DNA of 64,000 nt from Candidatus Magasanikiibacteriota bacterium. GTDB lineage: Bacteria > Patescibacteriota > Patescibacteriia > Magasanikbacterales > UBA922. A model generated the notes under the pieces. That model was given only the letters and a program-made list of their open reading frames with translations, was not told the origin of the DNA and ran no database searches. Numbering within the stretch: the stretch's first letter is position 1; every line of letters starts with the position of its first letter. The stretch lies in the NCBI GenBank assembly GCA_041675185.1, contig JBAYUH010000002.1, forward strand, positions 1,052-65,051. Reading direction: 5' to 3'. Below, one piece after another: positions 8,764-18,471 of this stretch. The translations under genes and the position numbers were made by a program.

Positions 8764-9531
8764 ATGAAAACACGAACAAGCATTTTATTATTTTCTTTTG
8801 TAGCAGGTATTACTTTATTAGGTGCTGGTTGTACCAACAACACTGATATTGTCATCCCTCCAGAAACAGCAACACAACCAACTGCTATTCAAAACAACCC
8901 AACACCACAACCAATAGTTAAACCATACATAAAAGTAATCTACCCAAATGGCAACGAAATATTTAACCCAGGACAAATCGTTACCATAAAATGGGATTCA
9001 GATGGCGTTGACAAAATCTATTTAAGTATGGTAAACGGAGGGAAAGAATTTGGACAAATCGCAGAAAACAGTATTGATGCCAGTCTCAAAGAATATACCT
9101 GGACAGTACCTGACAATTTCGCAGGAGTAGAGTCTGGATACAAAATATTTATTAGTAATAACTCTGTAAACGAAGATATTCGTGATTCTTCTAACGGAAC
9201 ATTTAGTATTAAATCTGCTCCAGTTGCTGTCCAACCATTCTTAAAATTAACAGCACCGACAGGCGATCAACAATTTAAAATTGGTCAGAAAGTAACTATC
9301 AGTTGGACATCCAGTGGTGTAAACAAAGTTTATCTTAGTCTTGTCAACGGCGGGAAAGAATTTGGACAGATCACAGAAAACGGTATTGATGCCTCACTTG
9401 GCAAATATGAATGGACTGTCCCAGACATGTCGGACTTGGGCACAACTGGTTACAAAATTTTCATAACCAACAATGAAGCAGTCAATGAATTACGCGACTC
9501 ATCTTCTGTATCATTTTCGATTGTTAAATAA
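8764..9531 (+). CDS. Secreted lipoprotein with two tandem ~108-aa Ser/Thr-rich 'GPI-anchored/Kre9_KNH-like' (PF10342-type) domains
   Basis: Signal peptide plus lipobox LGAGC. There are two internal repeats, each beginning KIYLSMVNGGKEFGQI / KVYLSLVNGGKEFGQI and about 60% identical. Confidence 0.55.
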   Translation: MKTRTSILLFSFVAGITLLGAGCTNNTDIVIPPETATQPTAIQNNPTPQPIVKPYIKVIYPNGNEIFNPGQIVTIKWDSDGVDKIYLSMVNGGKEFGQIAENSIDASLKEYTWTVPDNFAGVESGYKIFISNNSVNEDIRDSSNGTFSIKSAPVAVQPFLKLTAPTGDQQFKIGQKVTISWTSSGVNKVYLSLVNGGKEFGQITENGIDASLGKYEWTVPDMSDLGTTGYKIFITNNEAVNELRDSSSVSFSIVK

Positions 9532-9577
9532 TACAATTGTATATTCATAAATCACCAATTCATAAACATAAAAATAT

Positions 9578-10204
9578 ATGAAAAAAATAATTTCACTGGC
9601 ATCACTATCATTATTTCTCTTACTTGGTTTTGGATGTCAAACTCAAAAACAAGAACAAAATACTACTCTACCACCCGCAGTCGAGGAATTACAAACTCAA
9701 ACAGTTTCTGAAAATAAAAAACAAAATACTAGTGAAACTACTAATAATCCAACAAAAGTTGGAGTCACTCTTTACAAAGGTTTATGGTTTGATATTCAAT
9801 ATCCACAAAATTTCAATGCAACACCAACAACACAAACTGATGAAGCATATTTCTTGTCTCCAGAAGGAAATGTAGAATTTTTTGTCTATTCTCCACTCTG
9901 GTCTGGAACTCCAAAAAATTATTTGACAATGGCTTCAAACGAAGAGTTGGTAAGTGAAAAAATTGAAGAAACAAAAGCAAGTCAACAACCTAGACAATAT
10001 GGCGACAAAATCACTCGTTGGGTTACTATCAAAGCCAAAGATGGTTCATACTATCGTTCATTTGTATCTATCAAAGAACAAGTCGATACAGGAAGTGAAT
10101 TACATCATGTATTTGGTATTAAGTACAAGGACAATACTTCTTATCAAAAATACAGAGATGATTATATTACTTTCAAAGAATCTCTACATCAATATTCTGA
10201 TTAG
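9578..10204 (+). CDS. Hypothetical lipoprotein
   Basis: Signal peptide with lipobox GFGC. No known motif. Confidence 0.45.
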   Translation: MKKIISLASLSLFLLLGFGCQTQKQEQNTTLPPAVEELQTQTVSENKKQNTSETTNNPTKVGVTLYKGLWFDIQYPQNFNATPTTQTDEAYFLSPEGNVEFFVYSPLWSGTPKNYLTMASNEELVSEKIEETKASQQPRQYGDKITRWVTIKAKDGSYYRSFVSIKEQVDTGSELHHVFGIKYKDNTSYQKYRDDYITFKESLHQYSD

Positions 10205-10276
10205 TAATATTAGACAAATCAAAAAAGCAACTACTAAGTTGCTTTTTTATTTTCAAATTTTATTGACTTAATGGGT

Positions 10277-11092
10277 TTAATGTTTAAACACTTTGACAAA
10301 CATCTTCCCCAAATATCCTACTACAAACAAACTAGTACCTGTCAAAATAATCATCGCACCAGATGGTAAATCAAGATAATAAGAAGCTATAAGACCAACA
10401 ATGACAATACTAATAGAAAACAAAATAGTCAAAAAAGTAAATATTTTGAAATTTCTAGCAAACATCTTGGCAATCGCACTTGGTGTGACAAGCAAAGCAC
10501 TGACCATAATAATACCTACGAGCTTGATACTAAGTACAATAGCAATAGCTGTAGATATATAAAGCAACAAATCATAAATCCAAGGATTAAGACCAGAGAG
10601 GTAGGCTCCACTTGGATCAAAAGTTACAAACAACATCTTGCGATAAAAAAAACTCAAAATGAAAAGAATGAAAATTCCTATAATCAATATAGACCACAAA
10701 TCCAAAGTATTGACTGTCAAAATATTTCCAAACAAATAACTAATAAGCTCTGGTTGATAACCTTGATAAAAATGAAGCAAGATAATACCAATAGCAATCC
10801 CTGTCGTAAACATAATAGCAATAGCCATGTCACTAGAAATATTTGTTTTCTTCTCAAGAAAATAAATTATAATAGCAATGACAACTGCCAAAACTACAGC
10901 TGTAGGAATTGGCGCCCAACCCAAAAGAACAGCAAGAGCAATTCCAGCCAAAGAAGCATGAGCGACACCATCACCAATGAAACTCATTTTTCTTGTTACT
11001 ACAAAAGTACCCAACCAGCCCAAAAGTACTGAAACAAAAGTACCAGCGAGTAAGGCTCTGATCATAAATGGATATTGTAAAAATTCTAGCAT
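10277..11092 (-). CDS. Metal (Zn/Mn) ABC transporter permease, ABC-3 family (ZnuB/MntB-like)
   Basis: A polytopic 271-aa protein with ABC-3 permease character, sitting in an operon with the ATPase, the substrate-binding protein and the Fur-family regulator. Confidence 0.7.
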   Translation of the reverse strand: MLEFLQYPFMIRALLAGTFVSVLLGWLGTFVVTRKMSFIGDGVAHASLAGIALAVLLGWAPIPTAVVLAVVIAIIIYFLEKKTNISSDMAIAIMFTTGIAIGIILLHFYQGYQPELISYLFGNILTVNTLDLWSILIIGIFILFILSFFYRKMLFVTFDPSGAYLSGLNPWIYDLLLYISTAIAIVLSIKLVGIIMVSALLVTPSAIAKMFARNFKIFTFLTILFSISIVIVGLIASYYLDLPSGAMIILTGTSLFVVGYLGKMFVKVFKH

Positions 11093-11103
11093 AGTTTGTT
11101 CAC

Positions 11104-11269
11104 AATCCCGAATCGAGAATACGACGAGGGATCTTTCTTAAAATAAAATTTACTTAATTAACAAAACTTATAAAATTCTTGAAAGACGTTTCCAACGTAC
11201 ACACAATCTTTCTCAAAAAAATATTCTTTTTAAGAAAGATCCCTCCCTGTCTTTCAGCAGTTCGGGATT
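11104..11269. repeat. Large imperfect inverted repeat (outer 9-bp arm aatcccgaa/ttcgggatt, inner 18-bp perfect arm gagggatctttcttaaaa/ttttaagaaagatccctc) flanking an ~84-bp AT-rich loop, between the ABC ATPase and permease genes
   Basis: Seen directly. It lies between the stop of 11276..11995 and the start of 10277..11092. Confidence 0.8.
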
Positions 11270-11275
11270 ACGAAA

Positions 11276-11995
11276 TTAATGAATATGTTCATGTGTATGA
11301 AACAAACCAGTTTGACTTCCATACAACTTTTGTAAAACTTCTGGTGTAATTACTACTTCTGGTGCACCAAAACACACCATTTCTTTGTTTAGACAAATTA
11401 CTGACTTGGTATATTTGTTGACAATATTTAATTCGTGCGAAACTATGACACAAGTCGTACCTCTAGTTTCATTTATTTTTTTTATCAAATCATAAATAGT
11501 TTTTTCACCAACAATATCTATACCTGTAGAAGGCTCATCAAAAATTAGAATTTCTTTTTCATGTAACAAAGCACGTGCAATCATTACGCGTTGAAATTGT
11601 CCACCAGACAAATAACCCAATTGTTTTTGTTCAATATCTTCTAATCCCACTTCTAGCAAAACTTCTATAATATTTTTTTCATCATGACCTTTTTTGCCAC
11701 ACTTTTCTAGACTCATAAATTCATGCACACTAATAGGAATAGTCCTATCAAATTCAAACTTCTGTGGTACATAACCAATTTTTTGTCTGACATCTTTTGG
11801 TTTTTTGCCATCTATAGTAATACTACCTTTTGTTGGACTAAGCACTCCAATAATATTTTGGAGTAAAGTAGTTTTACCACTGCCATTTGGTCCAATGATA
11901 GCTACAATATCACCTTTGGCAATTTCAAAAGAAACATTTTGCAGAGCTACAAAATCATTGAATTTATAAGTCAGATTTTCGACTTTGATTAGCAT
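11276..11995 (-). CDS. Metal ABC transporter ATP-binding protein (ZnuC/MntA-like)
   Basis: Walker A GPNGSGKTT, ABC signature LSGGQFQRV, and Walker B ILIFDEPSTGID. Confidence 0.8.
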   Translation of the reverse strand: MLIKVENLTYKFNDFVALQNVSFEIAKGDIVAIIGPNGSGKTTLLQNIIGVLSPTKGSITIDGKKPKDVRQKIGYVPQKFEFDRTIPISVHEFMSLEKCGKKGHDEKNIIEVLLEVGLEDIEQKQLGYLSGGQFQRVMIARALLHEKEILIFDEPSTGIDIVGEKTIYDLIKKINETRGTTCVIVSHELNIVNKYTKSVICLNKEMVCFGAPEVVITPEVLQKLYGSQTGLFHTHEHIH

Positions 11996-12057
11996 AATTT
12001 AGTTAAAAGTTTGTAAAATTATAAAGTTACTTATTCTGCCTATTCTGCTTAATTTGC

Positions 12058-13002
12058 TTATTCTGCTTTCAACAATTCATAAATATTGTTTACATTGAAA
12101 TCCATCATCTCAATATAGCTCATTCTACCATCTACTCCTCCCAAAGGATCCAAAGTTTTTATCTGTACACCCAAATCACTAGCCAAAGTTTTGATAGAAT
12201 CTTGTGATAATTGTGGTTCAACAAATAATGTTTTAATATTATCATCTTTTACAGTTTTTTGTAATTCTTTCAAATACTGGGCCGTTGGTTCTTGTCCAGG
12301 AAATGGTTCAAAAGTACCAACAATTTTCAAATCAAAATGGTCAGCAAAATATCCCCAAGCGTCATGAAATACTACAATGTTTTTATTAGTCAAACTACTC
12401 AATTTGTTTTTCCATTCCACATCTTTGGTTTGCAATTTTTCGATGAAATCTTGCGTATTAATATTATAGTAACCTTTGTTTTGTGGATTAAACTCGGATA
12501 ATTTGTTGCTAACAGCTTGTGCTATCAAAATGGCGTTGTCGAGATTAAGCCAATAGTGTGGGTCATAAGATGTAGTGTCAACTTGGTCTGGATCAGGAAT
12601 ATGATTAGGATCACTTTCATCCAGTCTTTGCAATGTAACATTTTGACTCAAATCATAAGTCTCTGCACCTGGAACTGAATCAGTAATGTCTTTTACCCAA
12701 TTATCAAGCGATTGCCCATTCACAAAAAATATTTTTGTACCTTGCAAACTTTTTATTTGAGAAGTCGAAACTTCAAAAGTGTGTGGACTGGCTCCTGGTG
12801 GCAAAATTACATTGACATCTACTTTGTCACCGCCAATTTCTTTTACCAAATCGTAAAGTGGAAAAATACTAGCAACTATTTTTAATTTTTGACTGTCTAC
12901 TTTATTTTGTGCAGATTCATTGGTCTGTATAACACTACAGCCAGACAAAAAGAAAGTTAGAGACAAAAATAAAATTATTATCAAAACTATTTTTTTATAC
13001 AT
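12058..13002 (-). CDS. Metal-binding periplasmic substrate-binding lipoprotein, TroA/ZnuA-like (cluster 9 SBP)
   Basis: Signal peptide with LSGC lipobox. Metal-ligand motifs SPHTFE and DPHYWL. Confidence 0.75.
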   Translation of the reverse strand: MYKKIVLIIILFLSLTFFLSGCSVIQTNESAQNKVDSQKLKIVASIFPLYDLVKEIGGDKVDVNVILPPGASPHTFEVSTSQIKSLQGTKIFFVNGQSLDNWVKDITDSVPGAETYDLSQNVTLQRLDESDPNHIPDPDQVDTTSYDPHYWLNLDNAILIAQAVSNKLSEFNPQNKGYYNINTQDFIEKLQTKDVEWKNKLSSLTNKNIVVFHDAWGYFADHFDLKIVGTFEPFPGQEPTAQYLKELQKTVKDDNIKTLFVEPQLSQDSIKTLASDLGVQIKTLDPLGGVDGRMSYIEMMDFNVNNIYELLKAE

Positions 13003-13006
13003 AAAT

Positions 13007-13384
13007 TTATTTACTACATTTCTTACAAAGTCCAGTTAATGTCAATTGATGATGGACATTAGTGAAATTTTTAAATTCATCAAACGAATAATTACAAGCG
13101 ACCTCTTCACTATAACCACACTTTTTACAAATCACATGGTGATGTGGTTCTTTGACCAAACAATACAATTTTTCATTATTCATATTTTCGATATTTACCA
13201 ATCCCAATTCTTCCAATAAATTCAAAACACGGTAAACAGAAACTTTGTCTACAGTTTTTATTTTTTGATGAATATCTTGAGCAGAAATAGCCTGATGGTT
13301 AGATGACAAAACTCCCAAAACTTTTTCTCGCGGTTTGGTCAATTTGTAACCATGTTGCTTAAGTTGTAGTAATATTTCTTTCAT
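13007..13384 (-). CDS. Fur-family metal-responsive transcriptional regulator (Zur/Fur-like)
   Basis: The 125-aa size fits, with a C-terminal HHHVICKKCG...C..C metal site, and it sits directly upstream of the metal ABC operon. Confidence 0.75.
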   Translation of the reverse strand: MKEILLQLKQHGYKLTKPREKVLGVLSSNHQAISAQDIHQKIKTVDKVSVYRVLNLLEELGLVNIENMNNEKLYCLVKEPHHHVICKKCGYSEEVACNYSFDEFKNFTNVHHQLTLTGLCKKCSK

Positions 13385-13482
13385 AAGAAACCTACTATAC
13401 CACTATTGCAAACCATTTGCAATAGCATATTATCCACAAGTATGTTATAATAAAAAATACTTTTAATTTTTATGCAAAAACT

Positions 13483-14745
13483 ATGAAAACAAAATCAATT
13501 TTTCTTTCTATACTATTTATCATTGCGTCACTTATGTTGCCACTAAAAAGTCTGGCAATCACGAGTGACTACGACTTAGTCACACCACCTCCTCCTGACT
13601 ATGGTCCCGATTCTTATGATCTCACTCTTGGTCAAGAAAATAATACTTCTACCAAAACAGAATTAAGCCCTGATGAAATTCCTCAAGCTGAATATAGTAC
13701 AGCCATAATACTTAGTATTGATACCAAAGGTAGTCACAAAATAGCTGGCAATTATACTGAAGATTATCAGACTTACACTGTCAAAATTTTGTCTGGCAAA
13801 GAAAAAAACAAAGAAGTGACTATAAAAAATTCTGGTGTACAAACAATCGACAAACTTGAAAATAGAAAAGTTGGTGAAAAAATAGTTGTTGTCAAAACTT
13901 ACTCTGTAGACGGTACTGTTACTTATGATTATGCTGACAATTATCGTATCCCAGCATTACTACTAATTCTAGGTATTTTTATTTTTTTCGTTTTATTACT
14001 TGGACGTCTAAAAGGATTTGGCTCTTTATTGGGTCTAATTTTTAGTATTTTAGTTTTGGGATTTTTTATTGTACCTCAGATTGCTCATGGTAAAAATCCT
14101 TTGACTGTTACAATTATCGGATCATTATTTATTGTTTGTATTTCTCTATACCTAGCTCACGGTTTCAACAAAAGAACAAATCTATCACTACTCAGTACTA
14201 TAATTACTTTAGTAATATCTATTATAATGGCCCAGATTTTTGTGCGCATGGCTAGTCTATTTGGTATGGGTTCAGAAGAAGCCTTCTTCTTACAAACTAC
14301 TCAATTTGGTGATATCAATTTACAAGGCTTATTGCTTGCTGGAATTATCATTGGTACACTAGGCGTCCTTGATGATATTACCACTGCTCAGACTGCTGTA
14401 GTTGGTGAACTTCGTTTTGCCAATCCAAATCTAAATAAAAATGAATTAAACAAGAGAGCTTTGGTAGTTGGCAAAGAACATATTTCTTCCCTCGTAAATA
14501 CTCTGGTCTTGGCTTACGCTGGTGCTTCCTTACCGCTGTTCCTCTTATTTTCTGCTTCACAAAATTCACCTATTTGGTACACAATCAATAGTCAATTTAT
14601 CTCTGAAGAATTAGTACGTACACTAGTTGGCAGTCTATCTCTTATTTTAGCTGTGCCCATCTCTACTTATATTGCTGCCCATTTTTTGAGCAAACAAGAC
14701 GTTACAAAAATGCATGAAGCAAATTATCATGGACACCACCATTAA
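13483..14745 (+). CDS. YibE/F-family integral membrane protein with N-terminal extracytoplasmic domain and His-rich C-terminus
   Basis: Signal/anchor, a ~150-aa soluble region, then multiple TM helices. Ends ...HEANYHGHHH. Confidence 0.5.
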   Translation: MKTKSIFLSILFIIASLMLPLKSLAITSDYDLVTPPPPDYGPDSYDLTLGQENNTSTKTELSPDEIPQAEYSTAIILSIDTKGSHKIAGNYTEDYQTYTVKILSGKEKNKEVTIKNSGVQTIDKLENRKVGEKIVVVKTYSVDGTVTYDYADNYRIPALLLILGIFIFFVLLLGRLKGFGSLLGLIFSILVLGFFIVPQIAHGKNPLTVTIIGSLFIVCISLYLAHGFNKRTNLSLLSTIITLVISIIMAQIFVRMASLFGMGSEEAFFLQTTQFGDINLQGLLLAGIIIGTLGVLDDITTAQTAVVGELRFANPNLNKNELNKRALVVGKEHISSLVNTLVLAYAGASLPLFLLFSASQNSPIWYTINSQFISEELVRTLVGSLSLILAVPISTYIAAHFLSKQDVTKMHEANYHGHHH

Positions 14746-14810
14746 AAAGATTTACAAAAAATAAAACCAACAGCTTCCAAACTGATGGTTTTAAAATCAA
14801 AAATTTACTT

Positions 14811-15956
14811 TTAAAACGTTGCTTGCGGTAACGACAAATCACTAAGTTGTGTATAGTTAGACACTAATATTTTTTTGCTTATTAATGTGTTTGGTTCATC
14901 ACCCAAAGCTTGTGTAGACCCATGATCAAGATAATTTACTACCAATTTATTATCTGTGAATTGTATTGATTGTACTCTTACTCTATCACCAAGTAAAATA
15001 TCATTACTACCCACATAACCTTGTGGCGAACTAAGATAGGCATACAAAGAATAAAAACTACCACTTCCACCATCATTTTCTGTGGCAATAAAAGCTATAT
15101 CTTCTAGACCATCATTATTAAAATCCCCTTTCAAATCATAACCTAAATATTTTATCACCATTTTTTCAGCAGAACCTGGAAATAATTTTTTTTCAAAAAC
15201 ACCATTTACAAAAGTAAAAGTATTATTATACGTAGCATTCATATATTCATCATCTACTTTGGCACTATTTACAATTGAGTCAACAATATTATCTACGTCT
15301 GTATAAAATTTGGATTCTTCATCACTACACTGTTGTTGTTGTGGATTATCATAATTCATACATTGTGGCAATTGAGCTACAAAACTTACATCCAACAATT
15401 TCCCATTTCGCTCAGTAGTATATTTATAAGTATTATAAATTGAACCAGCAGCTCCTTCACTAGAAAGACTTACACAATATACTCTATTATTTATACTTTT
15501 TTGTACTTGTTTATTTTGAGCATCTGCACCAACTGTTTCGCACGAAAAAGTACCACTAACCAAAGTAACCTCTGGTGGCCAATTCATAATTTTGACAAAA
15601 TTATAAGTAGACAAACTTGCTAAAGTCTGGAAACTAAGATTACCAGCATCATTTTTGTATAAATGAAAATCCAAAGAAGTATCTTTTGGAACTACTACTG
15701 AAGTTGTAGTTATTTTATTTTCAGGACAAACAGCAAATTCACAATTTGGACCACTCCTCGCCACATAAGAACCATCAGAACAAAGCTTAGCTTCCGTAGT
15801 ACAAGCAGTTTGTCCACCACTACTTTTGTTTGTATTTACAAAAGGTAAAAATTGTTTAGCAAAAAATACAAAAACAATTATTGAAGATACTACACACAAA
15901 ATTAAAAAAGATAACAATACTACTATGGTTTTTTTTGTAATCATACAATTCGTCAA
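14811..15956 (-). CDS. Hypothetical membrane-anchored exported protein with FG-GAP-like Ca-binding repeat
   Basis: N-terminal TM anchor; DLKGDFNNDGLEDIAFIA resembles an FG-GAP repeat; several Cys residues. Confidence 0.4.
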   Translation of the reverse strand: MTNCMITKKTIVVLLSFLILCVVSSIIVFVFFAKQFLPFVNTNKSSGGQTACTTEAKLCSDGSYVARSGPNCEFAVCPENKITTTSVVVPKDTSLDFHLYKNDAGNLSFQTLASLSTYNFVKIMNWPPEVTLVSGTFSCETVGADAQNKQVQKSINNRVYCVSLSSEGAAGSIYNTYKYTTERNGKLLDVSFVAQLPQCMNYDNPQQQQCSDEESKFYTDVDNIVDSIVNSAKVDDEYMNATYNNTFTFVNGVFEKKLFPGSAEKMVIKYLGYDLKGDFNNDGLEDIAFIATENDGGSGSFYSLYAYLSSPQGYVGSNDILLGDRVRVQSIQFTDNKLVVNYLDHGSTQALGDEPNTLISKKILVSNYTQLSDLSLPQATF

Positions 15957-16009
15957 GATTAAAAATTATCGATAATAATTTCAATGTAAATAATATTTCA
16001 AAAAAATAT

Positions 16010-17239
16010 TTACAGTTTAGTATTTACATTATACGAATTATTCGAAATTTCTGCTTTCAAAAAATCTTCACCCTTTGAAGCCCAATCATTCAAACCAAGA
16101 TATTTCATCTCCAAAATATAATCAGTAATAATTTGCTGTTTTTCTGTTTCATCAGTCAAGCTAGTCAAATATTTTGTAATAACCATATAATGTTGTTCCT
16201 CTCTTAGTATAGCATCTTCTATCTGCAACCACAATTGATTATCAAAAGCCCACTTAACAAATTTTGCATCATCTTCTTTTAACGCTTCCAAAATTCTTTG
16301 GTCAGCTTCTTCTACTGTAACCCCAGTATAACTTTTACTAGATAAATAATTTTTGACAGGTGCGATCATTTTTTGGACATACTCTCCTACTGTATTTGGA
16401 TCATAAGCTATATCTTGCACATTGTAGCTTGGACGCATAAACAAAGATATACGTTCAGGGTGATTAGGTAAATCCATAGTTATCAAAACGTCTAGAATCT
16501 TTTCACTTTCATCAAAAGTCAAATCTGTTTTTATAATTTTGTATAAAATATAGTGAAAAGCAATATCCAATTTTGATTTCTTTTCTGGCAAAAATTTAGT
16601 AAGCAATTCTTTGATAAATGTTGAATGATTACGTGCTCTTTGAGGCTCACCAATACTATACACATGACGTTGGCGCAACCACTGCAAAGTCTCAGTTGTT
16701 GGCAATTTCAAATTACGCAAAATTCCCAAAGTCTCAGAAAATCCTACCATCACTAGATAATCTGCTTTTTTACCTAAGATTTTTTCTATTTTATCTATTC
16801 CATACTCAAGTCCAGCCAGACCACAAGCATTGGATACATAATAATCTGTAGAAGTTGTTGCTTTGCCAGGTGGCAGAGGTGAATAAGTGCCTCGAGGTAC
16901 AGCTGTAATACTTACAGTATTATTGTTTTTGTTTATCTCAAGCATCTGAATCACATCACAATGACCAGCTGTCTGTCCAGCTCGACTATCCAAACCAAGC
17001 ACCAAAATACGTACAATCCCATCTTCTCCAAAAGGATCAGCGTTAGTATCAATATTAATTTCTTGAGTTTGTCTATCTTTTATTATTTGTTCCATCTCCA
17101 AAGTTTGTCTGTCTACTATTTCTTCGCCAATTTGTTCTTCTGGAGTTTGTTTGTGATGAAAAATAAAATATAGAGCGAAAGCCAAAATCGCCACACTACT
17201 AATACCAATTATAATAAATTTTATTATTTTGTGTTTCAT
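16010..17239 (-). CDS. LytR-CpsA-Psr (LCP) family cell-envelope phosphotransferase
   Basis: N-terminal TM anchor followed by an LCP-like core ILVLGLDSRAG...CDVIQMLEI...VSITAVPRGTY. Confidence 0.6.
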   Translation of the reverse strand: MKHKIIKFIIIGISSVAILAFALYFIFHHKQTPEEQIGEEIVDRQTLEMEQIIKDRQTQEINIDTNADPFGEDGIVRILVLGLDSRAGQTAGHCDVIQMLEINKNNNTVSITAVPRGTYSPLPPGKATTSTDYYVSNACGLAGLEYGIDKIEKILGKKADYLVMVGFSETLGILRNLKLPTTETLQWLRQRHVYSIGEPQRARNHSTFIKELLTKFLPEKKSKLDIAFHYILYKIIKTDLTFDESEKILDVLITMDLPNHPERISLFMRPSYNVQDIAYDPNTVGEYVQKMIAPVKNYLSSKSYTGVTVEEADQRILEALKEDDAKFVKWAFDNQLWLQIEDAILREEQHYMVITKYLTSLTDETEKQQIITDYILEMKYLGLNDWASKGEDFLKAEISNNSYNVNTKL

Positions 17240-17558
17240 ACTTTTATTTTACTATATTTTACAAAAAATTAAAATGGATTTTGATAAATTTTTACTCCAA
17301 CAAAAAACAGCTAGAAAATGCTGTCTTATAGTAGGTACAAAAACCTATTTTGTCAAATGTTTTTTTCATCTTCCAAAATTTCTTTCCTCTATAAAAAATA
17401 ATCAAAATATACGATAAAGATGTCTACTGAAAATCATCTACATGATTTGCAATAGACAACTGGGTTCCTGTGTAAACACTGGAACCCATGTATGCCCTCC
17501 GATGATCACAGACAAGTCGACGTGAGTCGACCGGTATATAAATCACCCACAAAAAACG

Positions 17559-18311
17559 TCAGCGAACAATGAGCTGTTTCAACTCCTTCTTGGAGTTGCA
17601 TACTACTACATTACTCAGACCACGTCCTTTGTTGTTCACTGCCTCAACATTGTCGAGGCTGATATCAAACCTACTCATCTTTGTTTCGGGAAAGTCAAAC
17701 CATCCGACTAACGCAAAAATGTGTCCAGTGTCTGGAATACTAATATGTACCTGGGCATCACTAACTGCCGGCTGGGGCAGATAGACAACACCCCCGACAC
17801 CTTGAGTGAGTGGTTGGACAAAACCACCGCTGACAAAAGGATGATTACCATCCATTGTGTCGTTGTCCAGAATTTCAAATGCGATAATGTTCGCATTATC
17901 ATCATCTTTGTGGAAAAAGCTATAGACCATATCCTCGTCATGATTCCCCTGAGGAACCTCGACGCGGACAGACACACTCTCCACAAATGTTTGTTGATGA
18001 TCGCAGGGTGTTACCATGAACTTCAGCAGAACAGCCTGCTCATCAATCAACACATTGTCGTTCTCTCGAGGGATAATACTAACCACAAAATCCTTACCAG
18101 TACTCTGACAGAGGTGTTTTACCTCCTCATAAGAAACTGGACAATTGATGGTGTTAACGATTTCAACAGAATGTTGCGGGACAGTCTGTTGATGATTGGT
18201 TGAAGTGGTGTTTCCATCATCCTCGCATCCAAGGGCGAAGAAAGAAACAAGAAAAGCGGCAAAAAAACGTGACAACATAAAGCACTCTTTTCCTCTTGAA
18301 GTGACTTTCAA
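17559..18311 (-). CDS. Hypothetical lipoprotein encoded in a GC-rich, compositionally atypical segment
   Basis: Signal peptide plus lipobox FALGC. GC content and codon usage (GAC, CTC, GGC codons) differ from the surrounding genes. Both strands are open here, as expected for higher-GC DNA. Confidence 0.5.
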   Translation of the reverse strand: MKVTSRGKECFMLSRFFAAFLVSFFALGCEDDGNTTSTNHQQTVPQHSVEIVNTINCPVSYEEVKHLCQSTGKDFVVSIIPRENDNVLIDEQAVLLKFMVTPCDHQQTFVESVSVRVEVPQGNHDEDMVYSFFHKDDDNANIIAFEILDNDTMDGNHPFVSGGFVQPLTQGVGGVVYLPQPAVSDAQVHISIPDTGHIFALVGWFDFPETKMSRFDISLDNVEAVNNKGRGLSNVVVCNSKKELKQLIVR

Positions 18312-18471
18312 ACAACGAAGTTACCCAAAACATTGTTAGTGTCTTAGATAACGCAAAATTATAGAATAAAATTGTCATTTTGTCAATATGTAAAATTAGT
18401 TAAACATGTGTACAAAAAAGACTCCCAATAGGAGCCATATTCTTGTATATTATTCAATTATCCAAAATTTA

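Noticed and set aside
9624-10271. Alternative-frame ORFs 9624..9875 and 9954..10271 overlapping the lipoprotein gene
   Set aside because: Their translations are K/N/I-rich low complexity, typical of AT-rich out-of-frame reads. The 9578..10204 frame has a signal peptide and lipobox.
17721-18203. 160-aa plus-strand ORF overlapping the GC-rich lipoprotein gene
   Set aside because: Higher-GC DNA keeps frames open on both strands. The minus-strand ORF has a signal peptide and lipobox and is the more credible gene.
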